Below are positions 23,288 through 37,425 of a stretch of DNA of 64,000 nt, in pieces. The notes beneath the pieces were generated by a model that saw nothing but the letters and a program-made list of their open reading frames with translations, made no database searches and was not told the origin of the DNA. This DNA is from Podarcis pityusensis. Lineage: Eukaryota. Each line of letters begins with the position of its first letter. Positions within the stretch are counted from its first letter, which is position 1. The position numbers were made by a program, and so were the translations under genes. The stretch lies in the NCBI GenBank assembly GCA_964106645.2, contig OZ067044.1. One strand, written 5' to 3'.

Positions 23288-25155
23288 TACCCCCTCCTGT
23301 ATTCCTGATAAACCATACTTTGTTAATTGCTTGAAGGTCTCACACAATTAACAAAATATCCTAGCCTAGCCCCTAGATGCTGTTGGACTACAAGTCCCAT
23401 CGTTTCCACCCAGCCTAGCTAATGTTCAGCAATGATGGGAGTCCAACAGTAGCTAGGGACCCAATTCTTTAAAACTATGTCATAACCTCCACACAACTAC
23501 TATTTAGATATCAGCCAGGTCTTCCCTGTAACTCAAGAAAGTTCACTTTCATAGTAAAGGCATGAAACCGAGTTCATCTGGGCTCTTTTTAAATTTATGC
23601 CAACCATTTGCATTTTCTTCAAGGTGGTTATTCCTAGCACTGAACTCTGCACTCCAAAAAAGAGGATCAAAGGCAGCATGCAAAAGTTCAATCATAAGCC
23701 CAACAAGACAGGACATCAAATATCATGCTAATATGCACTATGTGCTGCAGATTAATTTTAGTGCGCACGCCTTGGGGTCACATCAACAGCACAGAGAGTT
23801 TTCTGGATCACTAAACTAAAAGACATACAGCACTTGCATTTGACAGAGAGAGTTCGTTAAGTAACTCACTTTGCTTTCAACTAAGAACCTTATCATGCTC
23901 AAAACAGATGTTTTCAAGACTGTATGTTCAAATTTAGCTGACCTAAAACAATGTCTCTGATATGCAAGGAAGACAAGCAGTAAATTGGGAAATTAAACTA
24001 AATGATATTTTTAAACTTAATCCTAAAGTAAAGCAAGGGGAAAGCATTGGGCACAAATCCAGTGTGAAGGCAAAAGTTGGGAATGATAATGTATAAGTGC
24101 ACTATCAAAGATCTGTCAGTTCTTCTGAGTTTTCTCAAATATACAAGACTGGAATAGCCCAGATTTATCAGACTAACATTTCTGCGGCTTATTTAGATGA
24201 TTAAGCCCTCCATGTGAACAGTGCTGTATTCGAAATAGCAGTTTTGATAAATGGCCTATCATGCAGAGATACATGTACAGGACAGCTATAAAACTCTTAT
24301 CATGTCACTACTTAGCTTATTTTAAATTCTCTTGTTTGCCTCAATTATGAGCAAAACTGTTAGATTTTTTTAAAAGAACTCCCCTCTCAGACTCAGAAAT
24401 TAATGTTTTTATGGTAATTGTTAACACCTGTTCTTTGGATACCTTTAGAGCAAACAGAATTACAGGTTGAGTTTTGTTGTGTGCAGCCTCTAGCCAATTT
24501 CAAACACTAAGCAGAACAAAACAGTTACCTTTGTTTGAATTGCTGGAATATGTTTTTAAAAGCTTTTATTAGTGGAGACTTATTTGTCTCTGCAAGCAAA
24601 TAATTACTTTTCAGTACATTACAGCGGGAGGAATGAGGGTGAACAGAAAACCACAGCTACTAATAAATGATATGCATAATGTTTTGAAACTACTTACCAA
24701 CACATGTGCTAGACTCACATCCTAATTTGACCTAATAAAATGCACAATTATCAAACGTTGAGTTTAGCATTAGTCCTCAACATTCTGAATGGAAGCAGAT
24801 GAAAATTAGGGCAAAAGATCAAGATGAGACAGAGCCAAAGCACATGCAATACACGAGATGCAAGATCAGGGATCCCAATTTATGGATTCCCGTTCTTTGT
24901 TTAATTAAATCAGATGCAAAAGGTTCTGAATTTGATTGGATGGGTGGGTTGTGCTGGGCCGAAATATTCATCCCAGCAAACTATGCTAAACTGAAAACAG
25001 TGCTAAGGTGAAAACAAAGACTGGGTTAATATTCAGAAGGCAAGCAAAAGTGAAGTATTCTATCTTAAATAGGAGAAGAGATTTCTTTCTCTTTCTTTGA
25101 ACATCAAAAAGAGCCTTGTTGCTGCTTCATGCTTGGATAAACTGAAAATGACACA

Positions 25156-25215
25156 GGAAGGAAGGAAGGAAGGAAGGAAGGAAGGAAGGAAGGAAGGAAG
25201 GAAGGAAGGAAGGAA
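25156..25215. repeat. (GGAA)n microsatellite
   Basis: Perfect tetranucleotide run. Confidence 0.95.
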
Positions 25216-25400
25216 GTTGTAGGGTGGGGAGAAGGGGATGGAAATGGCTACCTTGCATTTAGTGCAAGTCAAAAATTCTGAAATCCCCACCTCTCCCCCC
25301 AAGTCACCTAATATTGTTGCATCATTTTGCAGAAGACGAATGGTGTGGGTGTGTGGTATTCAGCCTAGCACTAGTTTAACCTATCCTTCAATCTAAACTA

Positions 25401-25935
25401 CTGTATTTTCCGCCCCATATGGTGCACCTAGTTGGGGGGGGGAATAAAGAAAAAAAAATTCCCCCCCCCCAGGTGCAGGGCTGGGGTGGAGGAAGCCCGA
25501 GCTTCCCCCAACCCCAGCCCCCAGAACAGGCAGCTCTCCGCAAGCTGTGGGAGCCCGGCGCGACTTAGCACCAGGCTCCCGAGGGTTGCGGAGAGCTGCC
25601 CGAAGCCTGGGGAGCGCTGAACAGCGCTCCCCAGGCTTCGGGATGCAGGCAGCTCACCACAACCCTGGGAAGACCGGCGCGACTTCGCTGCGCTCCCCAA
25701 GTTTCGGGCTGCAGGCTGCTGTCTGCAAGCCTTGGGAGCCCGGCTGGAACTCCCGCGGGCTCCCAAGGCTTACGGATAGCTTCCTGAAGCCTGGAGAGTG
25801 AGAGGGGTCGGTACGCACCGTCCCCTCTCGCTCTCCAGGCTTCAGCGAAAACCTGCATTCGCCCGATAGAACACACACACATTTCCCCTTCATTTTTGGA
25901 GGGGAAAATTGCATCCTATAGGGCGAAAAATACGG
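25401..25935. mobile_element. Tc1/mariner (pogo/Tc2-like) MITE with GC-rich interior
   Basis: ta|ctgtattttccgcccc...gggcgaaaaatacgg|tg terminal inverted repeats; internal aagcctggg/cccaggctt reiterations. Confidence 0.8.
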
Positions 25936-26086
25936 TGCCTTGCAAAGCTGCTATGAGGTTCATGGTGGATGGGTGCAGAATAGAGGAACAACATCTGTAT
26001 ATTAATTTAACTGCCTCCCCAACATGGAACGAAGGAAGCAGCATGACTAGGGGCAGAGAATTAAATACCCCATACCCTAGCATTAT

Positions 26087-26486
26087 GGGACACGGGTGGC
26101 ACTGTGGGTTAAACCACAGAGCCTAGGACTTGCTGATCAGAAGGTCAGCGGTTCGAATCCCTGTGATGGGGTGAGCTCCTGTTGCTCGGTCCCTGCTCCT
26201 GCCAACCTAGCAGTTCGAAAGCACGTCAAAGTGCAAGTAGATAAATAGGTACTGCTGGACCAGCTGTAAGCTGGTCCAGCTGGTAGCAGAGGGTGGGCAA
26301 GAAAGGCCAGTGGGAAGGTAAACGGCGTTTCCGTGTGCTGCTCTGGTTCGCCAGAAGCGGCTTAGTCATGCTGGCCACCTGACGCGGAAGCTGTACACTG
26401 GCTCCCTCGGCCAGTAAAGCGAGATGAGCACCGCAACCCCAGAGTCGTCCGCGACAGGACCTAATGATCAGGGGTACCTTTACCTT
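26087..26486 (+). mobile_element. Sauria SINE with a ~50-bp internal insertion
   Basis: Family match; TSD taccctagcattRt; extra sequence at 26257-26306. Confidence 0.92.
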
Positions 26487-27189
26487 TACCCTAGCATTGT
26501 TGGCTCAGTAATACTCAAGACACCCTATTCCTTATGTTAAGATTTCTTAAAAGTCAGAAGTTTCCTTGCATCATATGTAGACTGGTCTTCTTAGTCATTG
26601 GCACTTTCTGAATATTATACTAATTGTTGAGCATCAAAGAGAAAATGTTAATTCCCCTGTTTATATTTTGTGTAGAAAGTAATCATGCTGTTATCAATAC
26701 AACTATGGCCTTTTTAAATAAAAAATGGATATGTGTGAGAGTGTGCATTAAGGAATATAATATTTATCATTGAACTCTCACTGCTATGTCTATTAAACAT
26801 CTCTGGGAAGCTGAAAATTCCTCTTGAATAAGATTGGTTCAGGATATAGAAAAGATAAATGAACTGTCCTCATGAATCAGCCTTTTTGAAGCAGACAAAA
26901 GGTATCAAGAGACTCTGAGGCAACCAGCAAATTGACAAGAAGTACATTTGTGCATAAACTTCAGTCAACTCGGACACAAAAAACTCAAGAGGATCTAAAA
27001 TACAGATGCATCACTCTGATATATTTCACCAACAAAGCCATCCTGAGACAAACATTTTGTCATAGTATGGCCGGGGGAGGGGTTGTTATTGAAGGAGATA
27101 TTGTTGAAGGAGATGGGAATCTTATGTTAGTTTCTTGAGTTTTTTTGTCTTTTTAAATTCTACTTTGTCTCTTCGACTCCCACTGGACT

Positions 27190-27206
27190 TTGCCATCTAG
27201 TGGCAG
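27190..27206 (-). promoter_or_regulatory. candidate CTCF binding site
   Basis: Minus strand TGCCACTAGATGGCA matches the CTCF core CCACYAGRKGGCR. Confidence 0.5.
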
Positions 27207-29987
27207 GCAAGGAAAGCAGCAAAGGGGAGCTCTTCTCACTATCTTTCTCATTTTCTTTCTTTTTAAAGTTATTTTAGTTCATTTCTACCCCACTCCAACT
27301 GCTCAAGGCAGGTTAAATATACAATAGAAGTGTAGATCCAAGCATATTTCCTTGAAGAAGCCCCATAATTCCTGGTGGTCTCACCTACATAACCTCATCT
27401 CATCTGCAGACATGCACAATGTCCTCTTCACGGGGCTTCCCAGCAGCTCAACAACTTTGGCTCCCCCCTTCCCTCGAACAAAAACCCTGGCCATGGATAT
27501 ATGCTCACTTAAGATGTAACATTCCCTTGACCACTTTGAAATGGAGGCTAAAGGGAAGGATGGTATATATTTGTGTATTGTACATACACTGGTTAATCCC
27601 TAAAGCCCATCTACACAACAAGTAACTGAAAAGAACATTTTTCATTCTGTTGGTTGGAGCCCTTTGATCTTGTTGCAATAATGTGCTTGGCTTTCAAGCT
27701 GAAAGGTTTGAAACCCACTGACCTGGCATGATTCAGTTTTATAAGACACAAGCACCTTGAGATTTCAGCTTACAGTCTGAAGTGAACATTTTAGTTGGTT
27801 TGTTCGATATAAATTTGACTGCACCAATTTCTGCAACATATACTTTCAGCTGTTATTTTTTTTTAGGTTTAATGTGGACGTGAACAAACACTGTAGCTTG
27901 TATCTAATAATGGCCTTCATGATAACCAAAGGATCCTTGATACAGCATAAGAGAAACAGGAAGAAAGGCAATTTTGTCATTTTGTTCTATTCTATTCGTT
28001 TGTCTTCCATAAACCCTTCAAATCTTCGCTAGAGAGTTGGGACACCCTTCAGAACAGCATAGGAGATAGTATGGAGAGAGGAAAATCAGAGGGGGAGAAT
28101 CCTGTTCTACTGAATCAAAGGAACCTTTCATCAGCATGAAGAACATCATTGAATGGAACTGTCTCACAAGAAGATGACTCATTAATTTGCTATCCATAAC
28201 ATACTTGAGAAATTCAAATATGAAAATATTAGTTAAGATTAGATAAAAATCAAATCAGAAAGCACTAATAAAGTAGCAATAAAATTAAAGAGAGCAATAA
28301 AATACCTACTAGAAGCCTGACTAGGTTAAAGTTCTCATCATATGAACTTGGAAATGATTTTAGAAATGAAGAAGTCTTCTTCCTCCAGTGAAAGCAAGTG
28401 ATAGAGTTTGATGGAATTTGCTTGATTCCAGTACTGTAATTTCTACACTGACTTTGTTTTGTCTTGAGTGTCTAATTGCCATTGAAAAACAAACAGCCAT
28501 TGATATTAACAAAATCCTAAGTATTATTCATGTTTACAAAAATGACCAGGCACCAAATATAAGCCCCATCTGCCAAGGAACAACTGGGAGTACATTTAAA
28601 AAGCTTGTATTGACAAAAAAACAGACTCACTCTACAGTATTTATCTGGCTGAACTTTTGATCTCTTCTGGTATTAGAATTACACCACATTAACAATTTGC
28701 CTTCTATCACCAAATTACTACTTCACAGAACTCTGAAGTTCACAGGCCACAGTCTCGCATGCTTATCATTTTCTCAATTTAATCAGACATTCTTTCTTGC
28801 ATTGCTTTGCTGTGGTTTAAAAAAAATGCCTCAAAACCTTGTTACACTGCATCTCCTTAAGGAACAGAGTGCTTAAATGATCTGCTTTCCACTTCTCTAC
28901 AAAACAGGTTTCTCACAAACAAAGGAAAAGTGACAAACTTCTTGAAGAACCGTATCTGAAGAAAATGGGGCTCAGAACATCAATCTGCTATTGTGAAAGC
29001 AAGCCTCTGAGGTTATGCAAGAAATATAATTGAGCAGAATAAGAAACGTGTGTGAGAAAGCTCGAACTGCCATTTAGAGACATTTCAAAGAATGTGTCTT
29101 GCCTTCATACAATAGCTGCACAGGATAACTCATCCTAATTGGATTCTGCATTGTGTGAGCTAAATATATTTCCCACTTAGCCTAGCCTTAGAAAAACAAG
29201 CTACATTTTCATTTTTAAAAGCTAGAAAAGGAACCGAAGATTAAGACAGAGGAAAAAATAAAAAAACTTTGTTCATGACTATTAAGGAGCTGATTCTGCA
29301 AGTGTTTCAGTTGCTTGCAACTGACTGAAGCACTCATTCCTTAGCTTCAGCAAGTCTACATCCTCTCAACCTCCTGACCATCAAAAAACAGAAAACCCTA
29401 ATCCCTTTGTGCTCCAGATGACAATGCAAAATATCAATGCAGATGCAAGGAGTTCATTGCCAGTACTGACCCTTGGAATGGCATTGTATGGTGTGAGTAG
29501 GCATGGCCCCAACAGTGTGCCTTTGTCTATGATGTCCCAGTCCCACACAGGGCTTGAAAGGACAGACAGGACAGGGATGTGAGCATAGAACAGCCAGGGA
29601 AAAGTCTGACAACCTGCAAACTTTGGGCTGAATTATCTGCCCAGAAGCAATGAAATTCCTGAATAATTACTGTAGCTGCTTGGGGAGCTTCGGAGGAGGA
29701 GATGCCTGCATGAGAAGCATCTCCCACAGTGGCCAAGAGCTGCAGTACCAGCATCCCAGCAGCAGGGGCACTGCCGTTTACTGGGAAGGAAAGGGAGGGA
29801 GGGAAGGAAGGAGTCTGGGCAGCACTGGAACTTCAGCTCTACTAGTGCAACTGCACCATGCCAACCTCACTGCCACCTTACCCCTCCCCCTCCAAATATC
29901 GCCCCCACTGCTGGGAAGGTAATACTACTTCCCAACTGCCACTCAATTCAGGTACTCTATTTGCAAGCCATTCACACCGCATGGGGC

Positions 29988-30019
<32 letters not shown>

Positions 30020-30420
30020 TTATTTATACCCCACTCATCTGGCTGGGTTTCCCCAGCCACTCTGGGCGGCTTCCAACAAAATATTAAAATACAATAGTCC
30101 GTCAAACATTAAAAGCTTCCCTAAACAGGGCTGCCTTCAGATGTCTTCTAAAAGTCTGGTAGTTGTTTTCTCTTTGACATCTGGTGGGAAGGTGTTCCAC
30201 AGGGCGGATGCCACCACCAAGAAGGCCCTCTGCCTGGTTCCCTGTAACTTGGCTTCTCACAGCAAGGGAACCGCCAGAAGGCCCTCGGTGCTGGACCTCA
30301 GTGTCTGGGCAGAATGATGGGGGTGGAGACGCTCCTTCAGGTATATTGGACCGAGGCCGTTTAAAGCCTCCAACACTTTGAATTGTGCCCGGAAATGTAC
30401 TGGGAGCCAATGTAGGTCTT
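29988..30420 (-). mobile_element. L2-like LINE 3' end with (TAT)n tail
   Basis: ...AFLVVASALWNTFP...YQTFRRHLKAALFREAF; ends in an (AAT)n microsatellite. Confidence 0.8.
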
Positions 30421-30837
30421 CACCCACTAATGCCAATTTAGTGTTACTCCTGACATGTAGGCATTACTACTTATAGCTAAAAGACTCCAGTTGCAAGCCC
30501 CTGACACAAATCTGCATGCTAATTAATATGTATAGATGCCAATGTGGACCGCTGGAGCATGCTCAGCAACTCTGTAGGCAAAGTGGGGGTGTGGGTTGAG
30601 GTTGTTTTGTAAGTCTAAAAGCAGGTGAAGGCAGGAGATCTGGGGCACAGCACAAAAGGGCAAGGGCTTGAGCCCCTTGAGGCAGCCCCACACATCTCAT
30701 GGGAGCTGTCCTTCTGCGGATAACTATTACTATTATTATTATTTACATTTATAGACTGCCCATCATCTGTTGATCACAGGGTGGTTTACAATAAATAGCC
30801 ACAAAGATATATACCATAGTAACAATAACTCCCCCCT

Positions 30838-30881
<44 letters not shown>

Positions 30882-31626
30882 AAAAAGGCCATAGATTTGT
30901 TTAATTAGCCAAAGGCCTGCTCACAACAGATTGCAGTTCAACTTGTGATGAAAGCTCCCAGCCCCCAAGCTGTCCAGACAATAACCACATTCATTATTAG
31001 AACATGGCTGTCTAAACCAACCCCATCTCCTTTTCCAGTTTGTTGCTTTTTGATGGCCATGAGCAGATGTATATCTAAATTATCTCTGTTCTTTGTTTAG
31101 AAGTCTTCAAACAGTCCTGCCTTTGACTTTCAAATATTTTTGCCTCTTAATCAGATTAAGAGTGATTTCCTGTTTTCATTTTTTCCAGTCTTCCTATAGA
31201 TTCCACCCAAAATGTATTCTTTCAGGAACTTGAGCTCGATAACCACACTCTTTAATAAAGTTAGCAGTCTCATGAAATGGACGCTAATTTTCCTAACATG
31301 ATTAACCAAAGGGTGAGTATTTGGTCTCCTGTAATTACTCTTGTACCCAGCCTGCTAGCCAAATCAATTACCAATTTCAATTATCTCAATTATTGATATT
31401 ACTGGATTAAGAGCAAATGGGATTAACGCTTCAACATCACCATTTCCTTCTACAATTAAGATGTGCAAATGAGATCTTATTATTTTGTCCTAGTTGCAAC
31501 TGGGTATGTAAATAAAGTTAGAAATCAAAATGTGTTATTGAAACCTGCAGATAACAAACCTGCAGATATTCAAAGAGCTGCTATCAAAATATAAGTAGCA
31601 TTTTACAAAGCTGATATAGTTTGTTA

Positions 31627-32114
31627 GGGTAGTATCCAATTAAGTCATACTCTGAGTAGACAGATTGGGTGGAATTCAAAGTTGTGCTCTTCCAAGTGTT
31701 CCATCCGAACAAACATTTCAGCTTGTCAGACAAACATAAGTTCATTGATGGGTTCAACCCCATGTGGATGGTTAGGGAAATCGCACTCACTGAAGACAAT
31801 GGGTTAACTATAGTCCATTGATTTCTATGGGTCTCCTCTGAAGAGAAGAAGAGTTTGAATTTGATATCCCGCTTTATCACTACCCGAAGGAGTCTCAAAG
31901 CGACTAACATTCTCCTTTCCCTTCCTCCCCACAACAAACACTCTGTGAGGTGAGTGGGGCTGAGAGACTTCAAAGAAGTATGACTGGCCCAAGGTCACCC
32001 AGCAGCTGCATGTGGAGGAGTGGAGACGCGAACCCGGTTCCCCAGATTACGAGTCTATCGCTCTTAACCACTACACCACACTGGCTCTGAGTAAAAGGTA
32101 GTTGGATACTACCC
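31627..32114. mobile_element. small MITE interrupted by a SINE
   Basis: Perfect 13-bp TIR gggtagtatccaa / ttggatactaccc. Confidence 0.6.
31842..32088 (-). mobile_element. CORE-type tRNA SINE (Squam3-like), well preserved
   Basis: Minus strand agagccagtgtggtgtagtggttaagagcg (A box)...ggttcgcgtctcc (B box), CORE gggtgaccttgggccagtca, (CTT)n tail, ctctga flanks. Confidence 0.8.
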
Positions 32115-33528
32115 CTGCTAATGAAGTGACAGAATTTATTTCTGTGTGAATTTGAGTGGAGTAATACCAAAAATCTAATTTTCTAGGACATCACTGATAC
32201 TTTACAGATTTAAGGGGGAGGTGAACCTTCCTCTGAATTATGTTCTTTCTGATACAATCATATTACATCAACATCTTGTACATGCATGTTAATCCACTCT
32301 TTTTGTAGCTGCTATCCCCCAAAGTCAACATTCATGCATTTGTTTGTGTGTGAATAATTTATCCCCATCTTGGTCCACCAACCAATTTTACTGGCATCTA
32401 AACGTGGACCAGTCCCAATCACACAGTCATTAATATTGAAGAAATGTAAAACTAGGCCATGAGTCTCAAGTGCATCAATGAAATTCTTAGCTCAGACTGC
32501 AACGACTGCATCTTCCCTTCATACTCGTTCTACTCCTTTACTAAATTTAGGATTATGGGGAGTCTGACCCGCCCCTCAAATTCATGACAATATAAACAAG
32601 TAACTAGAATTGTCATGTGTGCTGAGTGATTTGCTTTTCTAGCTTTCACATGATGTGTGATGTTTCAGGCTTACTGATAATTGAATAGTCTGTACATTTT
32701 TAGGAACTACCATATGCTTTTTGCCAAAGTTGTTGAATTAAAAACAGATGAAGGTCTGTTCCATACCTTTGCATGCAAAAATTGTTACAGGGTAGAGGAG
32801 TGTGGATCTGAATGTATATTGTTTTCCTATATATTCAGATTTTATTTACTGTTAAAGGTTTGTCATATCCTGACCTAGTAGTTTTGACCCTTGACCTAAA
32901 GCAGAACATTTCTAGTTGGCCTGTCAGGATATTTAATATGGCATTTCTAACAAGCACACAAAGTCTATTGGCTGGATGCAGCCTGCTAAACAGGGTTCCC
33001 CATCCCTGAATTAAGGGAAAGATGACAAGGAACAATAGGATTAAGGAAACTTTCATTCCATCATCAAGTTAAAAATACTGACACCAAAAAGCATTGTCTA
33101 GGCTTCTTGCTCAAAATTAGCTTTTTATTAAGTGAAGTGATTTCCTGAACTCCACAAGGAAGGATGTGCTGAAAGATATCTACACAGCCAACAGAGGATG
33201 CTCTGTATCAACTTTTCCCAGCATGTCACCCTCCAGAACTTGTTGACACCAGGTTCCATCAGTTCCAGCCATTATGGTTAGTCAGCCATGCCGGGTATAG
33301 GGGGCAGAGGGGACTTCAACTCCTCCAATATTTTTGAGCAGGGGGAAGCGCACCCCAATATTGAGGGGGCCACTGCTGCCAACAGGCCTCTGGGCAAGGG
33401 CTGACTTATGTGTTTTTGTAATAATACTGAGCTATTTGTAAAAAGAAGAAGCCAATATCGGCTTTATCTATTGTGCAGGCTGTACAGGCTGAGCCAAGTA
33501 CTCAGAATAAACTCTCTTGTTATTTTTT

Positions 33529-33574
<46 letters not shown>
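33529..33574. repeat. (CA)n(GA)n compound microsatellite
   Basis: Direct reading. Confidence 0.9.
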
Positions 33575-33578
<4 letters not shown>

Positions 33579-36084
33579 TCCAAATTCTGAATCAATCATG
33601 TGGCTGACTGACTTTATAAAATGCTGACACAGAGACAGACAGCATGAACTATAAACCGTGCGAGAACATAACATTTCAGAGCCATTCTCTCAGAAATGCA
33701 GGGACATATCAACATAGGGAAGCCATGGCTAATCACAGCCCTTCTGGAAATTTTAGAATAGCTGCAGAACTTATGGGGCTTCAGGAAAGAGATAGACAAT
33801 TTGTTGCTCACATCAGGAACCGAGGGTCCTGAAGTTACATGAGTCCATATTGTGATACCTACCTAGCATGTGATGGTCACTTTTGCGTGGATAACTGTGA
33901 AGCAAGTGAAAGAATTCAGAATGCTTAATTCACTCTTGTGTCAAATGGATTAAATTTTGGAAGGGAAAACAATTTGTACATTTTAAAAGTTAATTAATGA
34001 ATTCCTTGTTAAAACTAAACTTCAAAGAAAGAGAAGTAAAAGAAAAAAGAAAAAAGCTTTGAAGATCAACCTAAGCAGATCAAATGGAAATTTAACTTCT
34101 TTCTCCTTCATTTGTTATTCTAAACAGTGTTTCTATGAGCAGAAGAACCAGAAATGGATCTTCACATTTCTTTAAATAAAAAAAATACTTTTGAAAGTGC
34201 TAAGAAAAATATGCAGGCAGTATCATTGCCTCTATTTATGAAAATGAATGTCAGTGCTTTCAATCCCTTACGTACATATCAGCAGGCTTAGCAGAACCTC
34301 AAAATTACAGAAGTACAAAAAATACACCCTTCCTGTACAAGCAAGAACTCAAACAAGAGAAAGCAGGGTGGGGGGTGAGCACAGGCCCATGCAGACCAGA
34401 GTATAGGCAAAGCTCCTTCCTTTGCCCCAAGCACCTACCTGCTAGCTTCTTTGGCAAATTCAGAGGGCAAAAACATCTCACAGCACTTCTAGCATCTCCT
34501 TAAGTGCTTCTGCCTGGATTGAGAGAGGGGTATAAAAACCTCTCAATTGTGCATGCCTCGAATTCAGCCTACCTTACAAAGGCAAAGGTCACATCATCTT
34601 TTTCTCCACCCATTTCTGGTCTCTGGGCACACAAGCAATTTTTCCAGAAATTTTGCTTTCCAAAGAGGAACAGCATTTTGTTAACACTCCCCCCCCCAAA
34701 AAAAAACCCTACCCAAATCAAGGTGGCTCTATCCAAAGTCTGGCCAAGTAATTATTGAACCCAAGGCTGAATATTCCACAAATGCCACTTGCCAGGGTGT
34801 AAACATTCAACAAAAAATGAAACAATATGCTACCCTTTCATGCCAGCAGCTTCCTTCTGCCTAATGGTAGAGGTAGCCTTGCCTTTTCCATTGTTCCAAC
34901 TGATGGAAGGCTCTGCTATTTATTGGCAAGCAAAGCAAAAGAAAGTCCCACCTCACTATCCTCTCAAGCAACACGTGGACCAATGGAGGGAGGAAACGAA
35001 AGGGCAGGATTTCTGTTCTTTCTCCTCAATCACCATAGCCTTTTTGTTGTTGTTGTTCTCGTTGGCTATTGATCCCTCATTTCCCTGGCTGGCAAGGTGG
35101 ATATTAATTTGGATTTCCTCGAGTCACAAACAAATTGATGAACACCTGGCACTTTTTAATTTAATTTACATTAAATGTTAATGACTATTATTTTGTGAGT
35201 TAAACTCCAATCCACTCTCAGCTTAAATGCCTCACTGTGTATACTCTGGACACAAGGCAAATGTCCAGACACTGAGAAAAATAGTTGTGTTTTGTATCAT
35301 TCAACTGCTTTGTAAAGATTTTCAAGCTCGTCTGGCAGAATGTACCTAGAAGGCGGGGAAGCTATTGACTTGAGTGTAAAATTCATGGAACATGTGCATC
35401 TCAGCAGGTGTCATGAAGGGAAAGCAGTAAAAAGGATTGATTTTTAAAAAGAGTCGCAGCAGCAGACAAAGTCATCCTTTCCCCTCATGTTCAGCATGAC
35501 TCTTACTATTCCAATAGTCAGGATCCAAAGACTGTGCATGGTCACACTTCCTGGATCTTGTCCATCACCAGCCAACCATGCTGTTGTGTGTGATGTACCT
35601 TCATCTGTGTGATCTCTTTTCCTTTACTTCCTATGAAAAAAGGCATTTGTTTAAAGGATTCATGGAAAGTACAACTGTGTAACTGAACATCTATGTGAAG
35701 ACACGTCTATTCCATCTGGCGTTGGGGATTTTGGAGATGCCTGGCTGTTCTGTTCCTTGTGAAATTATATAGAGCTGAAGTTAATATTTGTGGAAGCATT
35801 TTTGTGTTTATTTATGATTGTATAGCTTTAATGTCGATATTTTGATTTGGTGTTTTATTCTAGGGTTTGCACACCATGCTAAAAGCCTTGGTTGAAGGGT
35901 GGGTATAAAATGTTAAAAAATATTTCCATGCTGGAACATTCTAAAGTGCCATATCAAGCTACAGAGGCTGGGTTTATTGTGATCCTCCGGTAAATCACTA
36001 CATTCATTTATTACGGATGGCACATGCAGTTATGCTCTCCGTGATACAAATGTAAATTTGGAGCAACTGCACTTCCTTCTGAAG

Positions 36085-36450
36085 GGTTATTATTATTATT
36101 TATAAGATTTATATACACCACCTTTTATCAAGAAAAATTCCAGGGCAGTGTACAACATTAAGAACACATTGTATGGAGCATCAATGATAAAAACATAATA
36201 AAAAGCACAATGGCAGACAGCATCATAAGAAAATAATCATAATAACAGTCCCCACTCCCCACAGCTTTAACAGGCCATAGATTATTTAATGGCTAAAGGC
36301 CTGGGTAAATAGGAATGTTTTTGCCTGGTGCCTAAAGACATGTAATGATGGTGGCAGGCAAGCCTCTCTGGGGAGAGCATTCCGCAGTCAGGGAACCACC
36401 ACAGAAAAGACCTTTTCTCTTGTTGCCACCCTCTAAGCCACAGGGTTGTA
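36085..36450 (-). mobile_element. L2-like LINE 3' fragment
   Basis: Homologous to the ~30720-30920 fragment (ggccatagat...aaaggcctg); ggtggttccctgactgcggaatgctctccc. Confidence 0.65.
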
Positions 36451-36562
36451 TGGGGAGAGACGGTTTGAATTTTTACCTGCCCCTCACATTTCAAAACTGT
36501 CTGCTTATTATACACCACTGCCAGGTGGTAATTCTCTCTCTCTCAATCTGTGTGTATACACT

Positions 36563-36563
36563 C

Positions 36564-36601
<38 letters not shown>
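36563..36601. repeat. (CT)n microsatellite
   Basis: Direct reading. Confidence 0.9.
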
Positions 36602-36605
<4 letters not shown>

Positions 36606-37244
36606 GTGTAGCATGCAGCATGCAGAAGGTTGGCAGGCATTATCAAACACTTTACACTTGTGATTCGCTTTCCAGAACTGGCTGCTGGTTTCCCCAGGGG
36701 TGTTAAAAGACTACTGCACACATTCCCAAATGCATCCACACTTATCATACATACTCAGGTACTTTAGAGGGATGGAGCATCTTTGAAACCCACCTAAGAG
36801 GAATTATAAATCAAACTTTGACTCATCACCTATCCCTACTGATTTCCCTTCTGCTAATGCTAACACTTATTTCCATTAAAGATATGCAAATTAACATCCT
36901 TGCGAGCTGAAGGATCATACTGTTAAGAGGCTGGATGCTGATTCATCAATTATTGGCTTGTCCTAATTAGTTTGCTAATGCTGGAGTGCAATCAGAAGAA
37001 GGAAATGGTTCACATGTCTGTCTTTATTAATGAACACAACCAGCTGCCGTTACTATAAAATATAGTCTGCTCCAATCATTTGTTTGGCACCTGAATTCTA
37101 GAGGGGAGAAAAATGAGTTCAGCAAATTAACTGCATCATTCCCATATAGTTTAATATGTGAAATCTGTACCATGTTGGATACACATGGCCCTCTAGGGCA
37201 TATAGGTTTGTGTGCTAGAAGGTGCCATACTGGTATGGGTTATT

Positions 37245-37425
37245 AATAAATGGAAGAGCATGTGCTGTGCTTGGAAATGGTTCCAGGCTCAATTTCCAGT
37301 ATTTCCAGGTAGGGATGAGAAAGACTCATGCATGAAACCCTGAAGAGCTGCTATCTATCAATGCAGGTGACACTGAAGGAGGTGAGCCAATGGCCTGAAT
37401 TTGGTAACGTGCAGGAGCGGCATGC
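37245..37425 (+). mobile_element. degraded squamate tRNA-derived SINE
   Basis: agagcatgtgctgtgc...ccaggctcaatttcc...gagctgcta...; a related 3' piece lies at ~60690-60780. Confidence 0.45.

Noticed and set aside
25428-25914. GC/CpG-rich block with overlapping ORFs resembling a CpG-island promoter or exon
   Set aside because: Lies entirely within the TIRs of a Tc1/mariner-type MITE
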